Below, piece by piece: positions 20,407 to 33,291 of a stretch of DNA of 47,615 nt. Position numbers and translations under genes: made by a program. Origin of the DNA: an uncultured Eubacteriales bacterium (GTDB taxonomy: Bacteria > Bacillota_I > Bacilli_A > RF39 > UBA660). Numbering within the stretch: the first letter of the stretch is position 1; each line of letters starts with the position of its first letter. The stretch covers positions 1-47,615 of the forward strand of contig ONQM01000001.1 of assembly GCA_900319955.1 (NCBI GenBank). Direction: 5' to 3'. The notes under the pieces are model-generated. The model made no database searches and was not told the DNA's origin. It was given only the letters and a program-made list of their open reading frames with translations.

Positions 20407-20471
20407 ATGTTATCTCCACAAATAATATTATACTATTATTTTTGTTTAAATCAAATCTTTAAATTAAGATA

Positions 20472-20837
20472 TTATTTATTTATTTCTCTTTCTATCCATG
20501 TAATTAAAAGTGTGTAAATATAATTTTTTTCATTTCTTGTTAATTCTCTCCCCATTGGTATATGATGCCACTTTTCTAGACATGAACGGCAGCAGCAGGC
20601 GCAGGCGTGCATTGCAATAAAGGTTGGATGATTTTTCATTGGTGTTTGTTTTCCATCATTTTTAGGATTTGCTGGTGCAAGTTTCTCATTAATAAAATCT
20701 ATTGTATGTTTTTTAATAGTTTCCATACCCTTTTCATTTATAAAATCAATCATATACTTTCTTAAATGAAAACTAGATCTAAACTTTGATTTAGATAGTT
20801 CACTTAATTTTTTATTAATTATTTCTTTTCTTGTCAT
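20472..20837 (-). CDS. DUF4186 family protein
   Basis: SKFRSSFHL, LAPANPKNDGKQTPMKNHP.FIAMHA..CCCRSCLEKWH. Confidence 0.9.
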   Translation of the reverse strand: MTRKEIINKKLSELSKSKFRSSFHLRKYMIDFINEKGMETIKKHTIDFINEKLAPANPKNDGKQTPMKNHPTFIAMHACACCCRSCLEKWHHIPMGRELTRNEKNYIYTLLITWIEREINK

Positions 20838-20867
20838 TTTATTCCTTATTCCTCAAAAAAAGATTAT

Positions 20868-21635
20868 CTACTTAATAGATGCTCTATCAATATAAATAAT
20901 CTTACTTTCTTTATCATAATCATCAAGCATACCATTTATTGTTACAGTATCTTTTTCTTTTACATCTTTATGATTTAAAAGACTGCATTTATAAATAGTT
21001 GTATACTTGCCACTTTCATCTTCATACTCTAAATAAATTACATTATCATTTACTTTATAAACATTTCCTGTAATACTAATATATTTATTTAAATATTCAT
21101 TCGTAAATTTATCAAAATCATTATTAAATAATAGTGATAAATCAAGTGTATTTGTCTTAATTGCTTTATCATCATACTTAAGTGAACTGCCACCTATTTC
21201 AATTGTGTTTTTACCACCATCTATATGATAGTAATATACTTTATAACCTATTCCTTCATAAAGATCATATTTTTTATTTGATACAGTATGATTTGCAAAT
21301 ATAGGGGTTTTATCATATCTACTTGTTCTAATTACATCAAATAAAATTATAAATGCTACTATTATTACTATTACAAGGACAATATTTAAAAGAGTATTTA
21401 TAAGATTTTCATTATCTATTTTTATATTTTTTATTTCTTTTTCTTTTTTTAGTCTATTTTTCTTTTCTTTCTTAACCTTAACCTTTTTTTCTTTCTTTTC
21501 TTCAGTATTAAAACTAACATGAGTATTATACTTATTATTAGCTTCATGTTCATTTATTTTTACATCATCATCAAATCTAAAAAGGTCTTCTTCAGAATTA
21601 ATATAATCAGGTATTTTGTCCTTGTTCCAAAACAT
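20868..21635 (-). CDS. Single-pass membrane protein with C-terminal OB-fold (tRNA_anti-like) domain
   Basis: Lys-rich N-terminus, TM, then YLNKYISITGNV...KDTVTINGML. Confidence 0.55.
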   Translation of the reverse strand: MFWNKDKIPDYINSEEDLFRFDDDVKINEHEANNKYNTHVSFNTEEKKEKKVKVKKEKKNRLKKEKEIKNIKIDNENLINTLLNIVLVIVIIVAFIILFDVIRTSRYDKTPIFANHTVSNKKYDLYEGIGYKVYYYHIDGGKNTIEIGGSSLKYDDKAIKTNTLDLSLLFNNDFDKFTNEYLNKYISITGNVYKVNDNVIYLEYEDESGKYTTIYKCSLLNHKDVKEKDTVTINGMLDDYDKESKIIYIDRASIK

Positions 21636-21696
21636 AATAATTCCCCCTATAAATTAAGCATTAGTATAGCACTAAAAGGTTAGTTTGTAAATAAAT

Positions 21697-23762
<2,066 letters not shown>

Positions 23763-23764
<2 letters not shown>

Positions 23765-24407
23765 AGTTATCACGACTATTTCCAAATAATTGTAATAAAT
23801 TAATAAATATATTAATGAAATCTAAGTAAAGTTCAAATGCTCCATAAATAGGTGCAACTTCATAGTTTACCATTTCTAGTACTTTAAGACACTTAATATC
23901 ATATATTGTATATCCTAAGAATATTAGTACTCCAATAATTGTGAGTACAAGTGCTAACATACTTGATCCTATAAATATATTGATTATTGATAATATAATT
24001 ATTGCAATTAATCCAACAAATAGTATTGTACCAACAGATGTTACATCTTTATTTGATTTAATACCAATTAAAGCGAGTACTCCAAATATACATGCTGTTA
24101 CTAAGAATATTGTAATTATACTAGAGATACTAAATACTGCAAATATAGATGCAAATGTAAGTCCTGTTAAGAATGTATAAAGTATATAGCATATAACTGC
24201 TTCTCCTTTAGACATCTTAGGAAGTTTTACTCCAAAGAATATTGCAAGTGCTATTTCAAGTATCCATATTATTTCTGGCCCTCCACTTAAAATATTTGAA
24301 AGCATTACTTCATTTAAAGAAACAGTATATCCTGTTACAAATGTTATTAAAAGGCCAAGAGATAAATACATAAATGTCTTAGAATATAATTCATTTTTAT
24401 TTTCCAA
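23763..24407 (-). CDS. Bax inhibitor-1/YccA family membrane protein
   Basis: About 7 TM; YTIYD, AFELYLDFINIFINLL; TTG start behind GGAGG. Confidence 0.92.
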
Positions 24408-24485
24408 TTTTATCCCTCCTATAATTATTATATAATATAAAATAATTTTTTTCTATAAAAGAGACAATTTTCACATACTTTTACA

Positions 24486-25056
24486 TTAATCATGTAATAA
24501 ACTTATTACTTTAGTTTCATTATTTTTTTATATTCTTTAGAAGCTTTTTTTCTAAGTCCTTTTATTATCTCATTTCTAGCATCTGTTATCATTTTCACAA
24601 GCTCATTATCAGTAATAGTAAGTAAATTTTTTTCTTTTATTTCTTTTTCTTCTTCATTTTCTGGATGAAGTCTTATAGAATCTTTAAGTGATATATCTAA
24701 TTTGTCATCTTTAAACTCTATAAAATTTCTGTTTTCTTCTATTATATAATGATTCTTTTTACTGCCATCACTTTCAAGTTCAGTATAATTCTTTTCGGTA
24801 GTCTTTACTACAGAAATGCTATTATTTCTAGTTAATACAAAAGATATACTTTTTAAACAGTTATCCTCTTCTCTCCTTCTGGTAAAGCAGTAAAACTTCT
24901 ATTCCCCAATTTATAACATATGCCATCTCCACCATATGCTAGTTTTAAATCATCTTTTTTTATACTTTTTATATCTTCTTTAGTAATAGCACTATTGCAT
25001 TCAGATATAAATGCCATTATATACTCCATATTTTTAATTAATTTATTTTCTTTCAT
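24486..25056 (-). pseudogene. Frameshifted orphan gene of about 190 codons
   Basis: ATG 25056 with RBS GAGAAGG stops at 24853; the -1 frame is open from about 24898 to 24486 (KSISFVLTRNNSISVVKTTEKNY...KVISLLHD*). Confidence 0.7.
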
Positions 25057-25087
25057 AACAAACCTTCTCAACGCAGGCATTATAACA

Positions 25088-27190
25088 CTAATCTTCTATT
25101 TTAGAAAGTTTCTTATGATTCTTCATGAGCTTTTTAACACCATATGGATGTTTAAATGCAACTGTAACTAAAGTATTTGTAACTTCAACAACACGACCTG
25201 TTCCAAATGTTTCATGGTAAACTAAGTCTCCTACTTTATAATCAACATCTTCATCTCTATAAATATCACTAGTATTAATCTTTTGCTCTCTTATATCAGT
25301 TTCTTCCTTAACTTCATTTTCAATTAAATCTTTATTTATTTCTTTAATAAATCTGCTAGGAGGATTAGCACTTTCTCTTCCAAATAACATTCTTTGCCTT
25401 GTGTTTACTAAATACAAATCTTTTTTGGCTCGTGTTATTGCAACATAACAAAGTCTTCTTTCTTCTTCAAGCTCAGAAGATGACATCATACTATTCATAT
25501 GAGGAAAAATACCTTCTTCAAGTCCTACAATAAATACATAATCAAATTCTAATCCTTTAACTGAATGTATTGTCATTAAGCTTATTCTATTTTCATCTTC
25601 AGAGTATTCTTCTTTATCGCTAACTAAACTTATTTCAAATAAGAAGTCTTCAAGTGAAATCAATCCCTCTCTATCTTCAAATCCTTTTGTTATTGATTTA
25701 AATTCCTCTAAGTTTTCAAGCCTTATTTCACTTTCTAATGTCTTCTCATTTTTTAATTCTTCTCTAATTCCTGTTAAATCAAGTATTTTATCAATAAGAT
25801 CTGTTAAAGTTACTCCTTCTGATATTTTAATCAATTCTTCAATTGTATTTTTAAATGCAAGTTCTTTTCCACTTTCTATTGCGGCATAAAGTGATGTATT
25901 CATACTATCAGCTCTTTCTTGTAGTGCCTCTATTGTTTTTAATCCAATACCTCTTTTAGGAGTATTTATAATTCTTAAAAGTGATACATCATCATCTTGA
26001 TTATGAATAAGTCTTAGATATGCGATTAAGTCTTTTATTTCTTTTCTAGAATAGAAGTAAAAACTACCTACTACTTTATATGGAAGATTTTCTTTAAGCA
26101 TTTCTTCTTCTAGTACACGTGATTGTGCATTTGTTCTATAAAGTATTGCAATATCTTTATAATTTATACCTTTATTTACTAATTCTTTTATTTTACGAGC
26201 ACAATATGCTGCTTCATCTTTTTCATTAAAGGCTCTATAATATTTTATTTTTTCACCTTTTTCATTGTTAGTCCATAGTCTTTTGTCTTTCTTTTCTTTG
26301 TTATTTTTAATTACATCGTTTGCAGCATCAAGAATAGTTGATGTTGATCTGTAATTTTGTTCTAGAAGTATTGTTTTAGTATTTGGATAATCTTTTTCAA
26401 AATTTAAAATATTTTTATAATTAGCACCTCTAAATGAATAAATAGACTGAAAGTCATCTCCAACAACCATTATATTTTTGTATTTAGCTGCAAGAAGTTT
26501 TGTTATCTTATATTGTGCTTCATTTGTATCCTGATATTCATCTATCAATATATATTTATATCTTTCTTGGTACTCATTTAATATATCTTTATGCTCTTTA
26601 AAAAGTTTAATTGGAAGAAGTAGTAAATCATCAAAGTCTACACTATTATTCTTAAAAAGTTTTTCTTCATATTTAGTATAAACTTCTTCTGTAACCTCTT
26701 CAAAATCACTTGTGACATATCTTTTATAATCGATAGGCGTTACCATAGCATTTTTATTAGAACTAATAATGTTTCTAATTGATCTAGGATTATACTGTTT
26801 AGGATCATATCCTTTATCTTTTAATATTTTTTTTACAACGGTTAAAGAATCATCTGAATCCATTATTACAAAATTTGATTTATATCCTAAAACATTTGAG
26901 TTTTCTCTTACTATTTTTAAGCCAAAACTGTGGAAAGTTGATATTTGTATATTTTTAGCAGTTTCACCAACTAAAGTGTATACTCTATCTTTCATTTCTT
27001 TTGCTGCTTTATTAGTAAATGTTATTGCAAGAATATTATATGGGCTTACATTAAGTTCATTTATTAAGTATGCAATCTTTGTTGTCAATACCTTAGTTTT
27101 TCCTGATCCTGCGCCTGCAAGGACAAGTTCTGGTCCATCATTATATAAAACTGCTTCTCTTTGTTTATCATTTAATTCATCTAACATCAT
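25088..27190 (-). CDS. pcrA: ATP-dependent DNA helicase PcrA
   Basis: LAGAGSGKT, TFTNKAA.EM, DEYQDTN, NYRS, EEERRLCYVAITRA, C-terminal Tudor-like domain; upstream of ligA. Confidence 0.96.
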   Translation of the reverse strand: MMLDELNDKQREAVLYNDGPELVLAGAGSGKTKVLTTKIAYLINELNVSPYNILAITFTNKAAKEMKDRVYTLVGETAKNIQISTFHSFGLKIVRENSNVLGYKSNFVIMDSDDSLTVVKKILKDKGYDPKQYNPRSIRNIISSNKNAMVTPIDYKRYVTSDFEEVTEEVYTKYEEKLFKNNSVDFDDLLLLPIKLFKEHKDILNEYQERYKYILIDEYQDTNEAQYKITKLLAAKYKNIMVVGDDFQSIYSFRGANYKNILNFEKDYPNTKTILLEQNYRSTSTILDAANDVIKNNKEKKDKRLWTNNEKGEKIKYYRAFNEKDEAAYCARKIKELVNKGINYKDIAILYRTNAQSRVLEEEMLKENLPYKVVGSFYFYSRKEIKDLIAYLRLIHNQDDDVSLLRIINTPKRGIGLKTIEALQERADSMNTSLYAAIESGKELAFKNTIEELIKISEGVTLTDLIDKILDLTGIREELKNEKTLESEIRLENLEEFKSITKGFEDREGLISLEDFLFEISLVSDKEEYSEDENRISLMTIHSVKGLEFDYVFIVGLEEGIFPHMNSMMSSSELEEERRLCYVAITRAKKDLYLVNTRQRMLFGRESANPPSRFIKEINKDLIENEVKEETDIREQKINTSDIYRDEDVDYKVGDLVYHETFGTGRVVEVTNTLVTVAFKHPYGVKKLMKNHKKLSKIED

Positions 27191-27227
27191 TTACCTCCAT
27201 GAAGAAAAAGCTATTTTGTAAGCTTTT

Positions 27228-28271
27228 TTATTTTTTATTTATATCATCAAAACTAAAATCTAAGTAAACATAATTATCCATATTATAAGATAAATTTTTA
27301 TCTATGTTTTCTTTAGCTTTTATACTTATATCATAAATTCTTTTACCACTTGCAAGTGGATTTATATATCTTATTTTAGCACCATGATTAACATAGTAAA
27401 CACCTTCTTGTTCTTTACCTGATACATTTACTTTCTTAGCATTTTTCCATTTATCAAATAAAACTCCATATTTAGAATTTTCAATTATATCTATTATTTC
27501 ACTTTCTTTTTTTTCGTATAAGTCTTTTTTTTCTATTACACCATCACTATTTAATTGTTTAATTATGTCTGCTAGAAACTGCATAGAAAATCTTGTTTTG
27601 TCATCTCTATATAGTACGCTCATCTTGCTTGTTAAATTAACAAAGTCTTCTGCTATTTCTTTTGTTTTAAAGCCAAGTTCAAGATTTTCTTTTTCATCAT
27701 GTTCTACTTCTACATCATCATACATTCTTTTTATGTCTTTAAGTTTTAATATTTTATACTGAAAAAGTGCATTTGAAAGTGAATACTCTAGTCTATCTGA
27801 GGAAAGATGAGGCGTATCATTATCAGCGATTGGATAAATGTGATAGTTATTAACATCACTTAGCTTTATTCCATCTCTTTTTAAAAGGTTCATTATATCT
27901 TTATCACTTTTAATAAAATATGTTGTTAATTCTTCAGTTGACTCTTGCATCATATAGTCTCCATTTAAAAAATCAATTGAGTGTTTAAAAACAGGCGTTG
28001 CAATGTCATGAAAAAGTCCAGAAAGAGTCTGTTTCTTATCATGCGTAAAGTGCCATATGATAAGTGCTACTGCAACTGAATGATCAAGGCTTGAATAAAA
28101 TTTATGACTACTATACATTTTAGAATAAATCGTTCCGCATGATACACTTATATATTTTTGTTTTTGAAGTCTTTTTGTTTCAATGTAGTCATTTAAAAAT
28201 AATGGGTATTCTGGCTCTAATAAGTTAAAGTATTCTTTTATGTCTTTATCTACTTTATCAATATAGCTCAT
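27228..28271 (-). CDS. HD-domain phosphohydrolase
   Basis: DHSVAVA...GLFHDIA..FKH...DRLEY. Confidence 0.85.
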   Translation of the reverse strand: MSYIDKVDKDIKEYFNLLEPEYPLFLNDYIETKRLQKQKYISVSCGTIYSKMYSSHKFYSSLDHSVAVALIIWHFTHDKKQTLSGLFHDIATPVFKHSIDFLNGDYMMQESTEELTTYFIKSDKDIMNLLKRDGIKLSDVNNYHIYPIADNDTPHLSSDRLEYSLSNALFQYKILKLKDIKRMYDDVEVEHDEKENLELGFKTKEIAEDFVNLTSKMSVLYRDDKTRFSMQFLADIIKQLNSDGVIEKKDLYEKKESEIIDIIENSKYGVLFDKWKNAKKVNVSGKEQEGVYYVNHGAKIRYINPLASGKRIYDISIKAKENIDKNLSYNMDNYVYLDFSFDDINKK

Positions 28272-28279
28272 GATGCCTC

Positions 28280-29179
28280 CTATTTATCTAAATCTATAAC
28301 CTCATAAAATGTTGTTCCAAGTCCAAGTGTTACTGCATGTTCAATTGTATGTGCACCATGACGAGTTTCAACACGTTCTAAGAAGTGATCACGACCTGGG
28401 TCATTTGATTTATAAATTAAATCAAGTGATGCTCTATCAAGGGCAACAGGGTCAAGTGATGCCATAATACCAATATCTTTCATACATGGTGTTTCTGGAT
28501 TTGCATCACAATCACAATCTATACTTAAATTATTTATAACATTAATATAAACAATTCCGCCTCTTTTATTGTAATAGTCAATTACTGCACTATCAGCTTC
28601 TGCCATTGACTCTAAAAAGTCATCTTGCTCTGGTAAATGACTCCATACATATGCTTCATCTTGGTTTTCTGCTCCTGCTGAATGAATATTTAGTTTTCCA
28701 GAGTGACTTGCCATACCAATTGATTCATTTTTTAATGCTCCTCCAAAGCCTCCCATTGCATGACCTTTAAAATGTGAAAGCATAAGTATTGAATCATAGT
28801 TTTTTAGATGTCCTCCAATTGTATCATGATCAAGATGTCTTGATCCTTTTCTTGTTGGAATATCAAACTCATCATCTTCATCTAAAAGATCAACTTTAAA
28901 ATACTTTGTAAATCCATGATTTTCAATTGTTTTCCAGTGATCTATAGATTTTTCTCTAGATCCTCTATATGCCGTATTATTTTCAATTATTGTACCATTT
29001 ACATACTCTACTAAATCTTTGATTAGTTCTGGCTTTAAATAGTTGTTTCCTCCCTGCTCTCCTGTTGATATTTTGACACCAACATTTCCTTTTAATTCTT
29101 TGCCAACTGCTTTATAAATATCTACTAGAGCTTTAGGTGTAATATTTTTTGTAAAAAAAACTTTTTGTTTTGCTATCAT
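28280..29179 (-). CDS. DUF362 domain protein (putative Fe-S binding)
   Basis: VKISTGE.GG, NTAY.GSR, SHFKGH.MGGFGGALKN.SIG, CDCD, DIGIMASLDPVALD. Confidence 0.85.
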   Translation of the reverse strand: MIAKQKVFFTKNITPKALVDIYKAVGKELKGNVGVKISTGEQGGNNYLKPELIKDLVEYVNGTIIENNTAYRGSREKSIDHWKTIENHGFTKYFKVDLLDEDDEFDIPTRKGSRHLDHDTIGGHLKNYDSILMLSHFKGHAMGGFGGALKNESIGMASHSGKLNIHSAGAENQDEAYVWSHLPEQDDFLESMAEADSAVIDYYNKRGGIVYINVINNLSIDCDCDANPETPCMKDIGIMASLDPVALDRASLDLIYKSNDPGRDHFLERVETRHGAHTIEHAVTLGLGTTFYEVIDLDK

Positions 29180-29286
29180 ATTTCTTACCTCCTACAATTA
29201 TTTTATCATTTTTACCCTTTTAAAAAAAGCTCTTTTTATAATTTATTTTGTATGCTATAATACTAGTACATTTTAAGGAGGAACTT

Positions 29287-29967
29287 ATGAAAAATATTAT
29301 AAAAGATAAAGGTAAAGGAAATCTAATTGTGATATCAGGGCCTTCTGGTGCTGGAAAAGGAACTATTGTTGAAGGATTAAAAAAAATTAATAAAAATATT
29401 TGGGTATCAATTTCTTGTACATCAAGAGCACCTAGAAAAGGAGATGCTGAAGGTGAAACATATTTCTTCTTAACAAGATCAGAATTCGAAGAAAAAATAA
29501 AAGAAGGAGACTTTTTAGAGTATGCAGAATATAGTGGAAATTATTATGGAACGCCTAAGTCTAAAATACTTGATAAGATTAATTCTGGAATAGATGTAAT
29601 ACTAGAAATAGAAATACAAGGAGCTTTAAAAGTAAAAGAACTTGTGCCTGATGCAATTTTTATATTTATTCTTCCACCTAGCATGACAGAGCTTAGAAAA
29701 AGATTAGTAAATAGAGGTACAGAAGATAAAGAAAAACTTCTTAAAAGATTTGAAAGAGCTTATAAAGAGATAAATGAAGTAACTAAATATAATTATGTTG
29801 TTATAAATGATGAAGTAGATGCTGCAGTTGATAAAGTTAATTCAATATTAAAATCAGAAAGATGTAGAGTTGATAGAATCGAAGATATATACTTAGGTAA
29901 TAAAGAAGAAGAATTGCATGAGTTATTAGTAGATAAAGATCTTCAAAATAATGATATGACAATTTGA
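29287..29967 (+). CDS. gmk: Guanylate kinase
   Basis: SGPSGAGKGT, TSRAPR, YYGTP, FILPPS; RBS AAGGAGG. Confidence 0.97.
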   Translation: MKNIIKDKGKGNLIVISGPSGAGKGTIVEGLKKINKNIWVSISCTSRAPRKGDAEGETYFFLTRSEFEEKIKEGDFLEYAEYSGNYYGTPKSKILDKINSGIDVILEIEIQGALKVKELVPDAIFIFILPPSMTELRKRLVNRGTEDKEKLLKRFERAYKEINEVTKYNYVVINDEVDAAVDKVNSILKSERCRVDRIEDIYLGNKEEELHELLVDKDLQNNDMTI

Positions 29968-30130
29968 AAAATATAAACCATAAATTAATAAATCGAATGA
30001 AATATCAATACTTATTGTGCATTTAGCAGGATTTATATTTGATAAATATAATATACTTTGTGAAAAATTCTACATTTTTCTTTACAATATATTATTTTTT
30101 ATATTAAAATATATAAGAAAGGAGTTTAAG

Positions 30131-30946
30131 ATGAAGAAAAAATTTATTGCAGTATTTCTAGTTACTTTAAGTTTTCTATTAATTGGTGTTCCAAATGTTA
30201 GTGCTAAAGAAAAAATGACTAACTTTAAAGAAACAGTTGATGAAGAAATATCAACATTTGAAAGTAATAGTGATGCTAAAGAGTTTGTAGATACTATGAA
30301 AAATGCAGACTTTACAGGTTACAAGGAAGATGATCCTAATAAGATAAACGTTTATATTTTTAGAGGTAGTACTTGTGGTTATTGTTTAAAAGCTGTTTCA
30401 TTCTTCTCAAGCATAATTAAAGATTATGGAAAATATTTCAACTTAAAAACATATGAAGTTTGGAATAATCAAGATAATAGTGAATTATTTAGTAAAGTTG
30501 CTAGTGTACTAGGAGATAGTGCTGATGGAGTTCCATATATTGTAATCGGAGACAAGTCATTTTCTGGTTATGCTTCTTCTATGGATAGTGATATAGAAAA
30601 GCAAATTAAAGCTGAATATGATAAAAAGAAAAGTGAAAGATATGATGTTATGGATCATTTAGATAAAGCTAAAGCAACTACTAGTGATGACACATCAAGT
30701 GATGATACAACTGCTAAAAAAACATCTAAGTCATCAAGTCTTTCTGTTATAGATTTCTGGTTTATAATAATTGTTATTATTCTTGCAGATATAATTTATA
30801 CAGAACTTCGTGTAAGAAGTGTAAAAAAATATGCTGAAAAAGAAATAAATGAAATTAAGAAGGCAAGTAAAAAAGCTGAAGAACCAGTTAAGAAAGCTGT
30901 TAAGAAAGTACAAGAAAAGCATAAGAAAAAGGCAGTTAAAAAATAG
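30131..30946 (+). CDS. Exported thioredoxin/glutaredoxin-like protein with C-terminal membrane anchor
   Basis: Signal peptide ending VSA, CGYC motif, GVPYIVIG cis-Pro loop, S/T/D linker, TM, Lys-rich tail; RBS AAGGAG. Confidence 0.8.
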   Translation: MKKKFIAVFLVTLSFLLIGVPNVSAKEKMTNFKETVDEEISTFESNSDAKEFVDTMKNADFTGYKEDDPNKINVYIFRGSTCGYCLKAVSFFSSIIKDYGKYFNLKTYEVWNNQDNSELFSKVASVLGDSADGVPYIVIGDKSFSGYASSMDSDIEKQIKAEYDKKKSERYDVMDHLDKAKATTSDDTSSDDTTAKKTSKSSSLSVIDFWFIIIVIILADIIYTELRVRSVKKYAEKEINEIKKASKKAEEPVKKAVKKVQEKHKKKAVKK

Positions 30947-30968
30947 AAGTGAATAACTTCTATTTTTT
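30938..30968. terminator. Bidirectional intrinsic terminator
   Basis: AAAAAATAGAAGT-gaata-ACTTCTATTTTTT between convergent genes. Confidence 0.8.
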
Positions 30969-31870
30969 TACTTATTTAATTCTCTAATAGCAGTTGTTGC
31001 AGCAATTGCGCCATCTGATGCTGCAGTAACTAGTTGTCTTAATCCTTTTTCTCTTATGTCTCCCGCAACATAGACATGCTCTATATTTGTGTGAAGTGCA
31101 TCATCTTTTGCAATGATATATCCTCTTTCATCAGTATCAATAATATCTAGTATATTGTTATTTTCGGGTATTTGCCCTATTGCTACAAAAAGAGCTGAAA
31201 CAGGTATTTCTTTTTTGCTTCCATCATTATTAGTAACTTCTATACCTTCAAGTTTTTCTTCACCAATTAATTTAGTTACATTACTATCAAGAATAAATTC
31301 AACATTCTTTTTATTTTTTAATTTGTTAACAGTTTCTATGTTTCCTCTAAATTCAGATCTTCTATGTATTAAATACACTTTACTTGCTAAATCACTTAAA
31401 TATAGAGCATCATCAAGTGCTGTATTTCCACCACCATTTACTGCAACTTCCTTATCTCTAAATAATGCTCCATCACATGTTGCACAGTAAGAAATTCCTT
31501 TTCCTATTAACCTTTCTTCTCCATCTAAATTTAACTTTCTATTAACAACACCTAGTGCTAAAATACATGCTTTAGTATTATATTTATTTTTTAAAGTTTT
31601 GATTTTTAAAGGATTACCTTCAATCAAATCAACTGCTTTTTCATACTTTATTTCTGCACCTAAGTCTTCTGCTTGATGCAAAAGTTTCATAGAATAATCA
31701 TATCCAGATACATGAAAAAGTCCTGGGTAATTATCTATCTTATTTGTATTAACTATTTGTCCACCTGCTGCTAAAGTTTCTAAAACTAACACTTTTTTTC
31801 CACTTCTAGATGCATATATAGCTGCAGTAAGTCCTGCTGTTCCTGCGCCAATTATTATTATATCATACAT
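30968..31870 (-). CDS. trxB: Thioredoxin reductase
   Basis: GAGTAG, SYCATCDG, GGGNTA, HRR, AGD. Confidence 0.95.
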   Translation of the reverse strand: MYDIIIIGAGTAGLTAAIYASRSGKKVLVLETLAAGGQIVNTNKIDNYPGLFHVSGYDYSMKLLHQAEDLGAEIKYEKAVDLIEGNPLKIKTLKNKYNTKACILALGVVNRKLNLDGEERLIGKGISYCATCDGALFRDKEVAVNGGGNTALDDALYLSDLASKVYLIHRRSEFRGNIETVNKLKNKKNVEFILDSNVTKLIGEEKLEGIEVTNNDGSKKEIPVSALFVAIGQIPENNNILDIIDTDERGYIIAKDDALHTNIEHVYVAGDIREKGLRQLVTAASDGAIAATTAIRELNK

Positions 31871-31871
31871 A

Positions 31872-32171
31872 TTATTTCAAGAATTCCTCCACATCACTTT
31901 GTGATCTCATACCAACAAATCTATCTTCTTCTTTTCCATTAATAAACTTAATAACACAAGGAATAGAAGATACATTAAACTCTTCTGCTAAATCCATATT
32001 GTCATCAACATTTACTTTATAAATAGTTTTTTCTTTTCCTACTTCATCAAGGATTGGTGAAAGCATTTTACATGGTGCACACCAGTTTGCAAAAAAGTCT
32101 ACAGTAACTAATCCTTTAGATTCTCTAACTAACTTCTTAAATTCATCTTTATCTTTTATTATCTTATTCAT
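31872..32171 (-). CDS. trxA: Thioredoxin
   Basis: VDFFANWCAPCKML, KVNVD, SIP. Confidence 0.93.
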   Translation of the reverse strand: MNKIIKDKDEFKKLVRESKGLVTVDFFANWCAPCKMLSPILDEVGKEKTIYKVNVDDNMDLAEEFNVSSIPCVIKFINGKEEDRFVGMRSQSDVEEFLK

Positions 32172-32723
32172 TTTCTATTTCTCCTTCTTAATTATTTTAT
32201 CATCTTTAGAATTTGTGTCAACTGACATATATAATATTTCTAAAATAAATATTATTATTACATTTATAATAATTGTTTTAAATCTACTTCCACCATATGA
32301 ATTTCTACCAAAACTATGGTAATAAATTATCATGTCACAAGTTTGATTCTGGGGTTCAATTGTTGTACTAGAAATAAACCCATATTCTATAATTGAATCT
32401 TCACATATGATGATAAAACATATATAAACATATTATCATAAATGTCATCCCTATTAACTCTTATTTTTACACTACCATTTATCCTAGAAGGAATAATTCC
32501 ACTTTCAACTTTATATTTCTTATTATTATACTTGTATACATAAAGTGTTTTGTTACAATTTCCAGGACTTAAACCACTACTGATACAACTTGTTTTTGCA
32601 ACCACTTTTTTATAATTAGAAAAATAATCATTTAGTCTTACAATTAAACCAATTGCAAGACTAATAGAAATAATTGTAAATACAAGTATTAAAAATTTTG
32701 TTTTACCATTCCCACTTCTTCAT
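32164..32723 (-). pseudogene. Multiply frameshifted membrane-protein gene between scpB and trxA
   Basis: Frame of ORF 32387-32605 extends upstream through a TM (KFLILVFTIISISLAIGLIV) with an out-of-frame ATG at 32723; two further open segments in other frames, the last with a TM, end at 32164 overlapping the trxA start. Confidence 0.55.
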
Positions 32724-33291
32724 TTTGATTCTCTCTGTATTTAGAGTGATAAAGATCAACCTCATCACTATCATCTTCTTTAACTTCTTCTATAAAGTCG
32801 TCCATATTAGGCAAATCTTCTATTTTGCTAAGTCCAAAGAAGTCTAAAAACTCTGATGTAACCTCATAAAGAATGGGTCTTCCAGGAAGCTCGCTTCTAC
32901 CTGCTTCTTTGATTAGTCCTTTACCCACTAGTTTTCTAATCATTGAAACACTTCCTACTCCTCTTATCTTATCAATATCTGCTCTTGTAATTGGTTCATT
33001 ATATGCAATAATTGCAAGTGTTTCAAGTGCAGCGTTTGAAAGTGTGTTTGTTTCAGGATTTTCAATTAATTTTGCATAGTAATCTTTATGTTCTCTTTTT
33101 GTTGTTAATTTTATTTTATTACCAAGAAAGTCTATTCTTAATCCTCTTTCTGGACTTTCATAATCATTTTTTAAACTTCTTACTAACTCTTTTGCTGTTT
33201 CTTCATCTATATCAAGTACTTTTTCAATTTGATCTAAGCTTAATCCATCTTCACCCACAACAAATAATAATCCTTCTAGAACTGCTTTCAT
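32689..33291 (-). CDS. scpB: SMC-Scp complex subunit ScpB
   Basis: LEGLLFVVG, LSNAALETLAIIAY.EPITR, PGRPILY..T..FLDFFGL. Confidence 0.95.
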   Translation of the reverse strand: MKAVLEGLLFVVGEDGLSLDQIEKVLDIDEETAKELVRSLKNDYESPERGLRIDFLGNKIKLTTKREHKDYYAKLIENPETNTLSNAALETLAIIAYNEPITRADIDKIRGVGSVSMIRKLVGKGLIKEAGRSELPGRPILYEVTSEFLDFFGLSKIEDLPNMDDFIEEVKEDDSDEVDLYHSKYRENQNEEVGMVKQNF

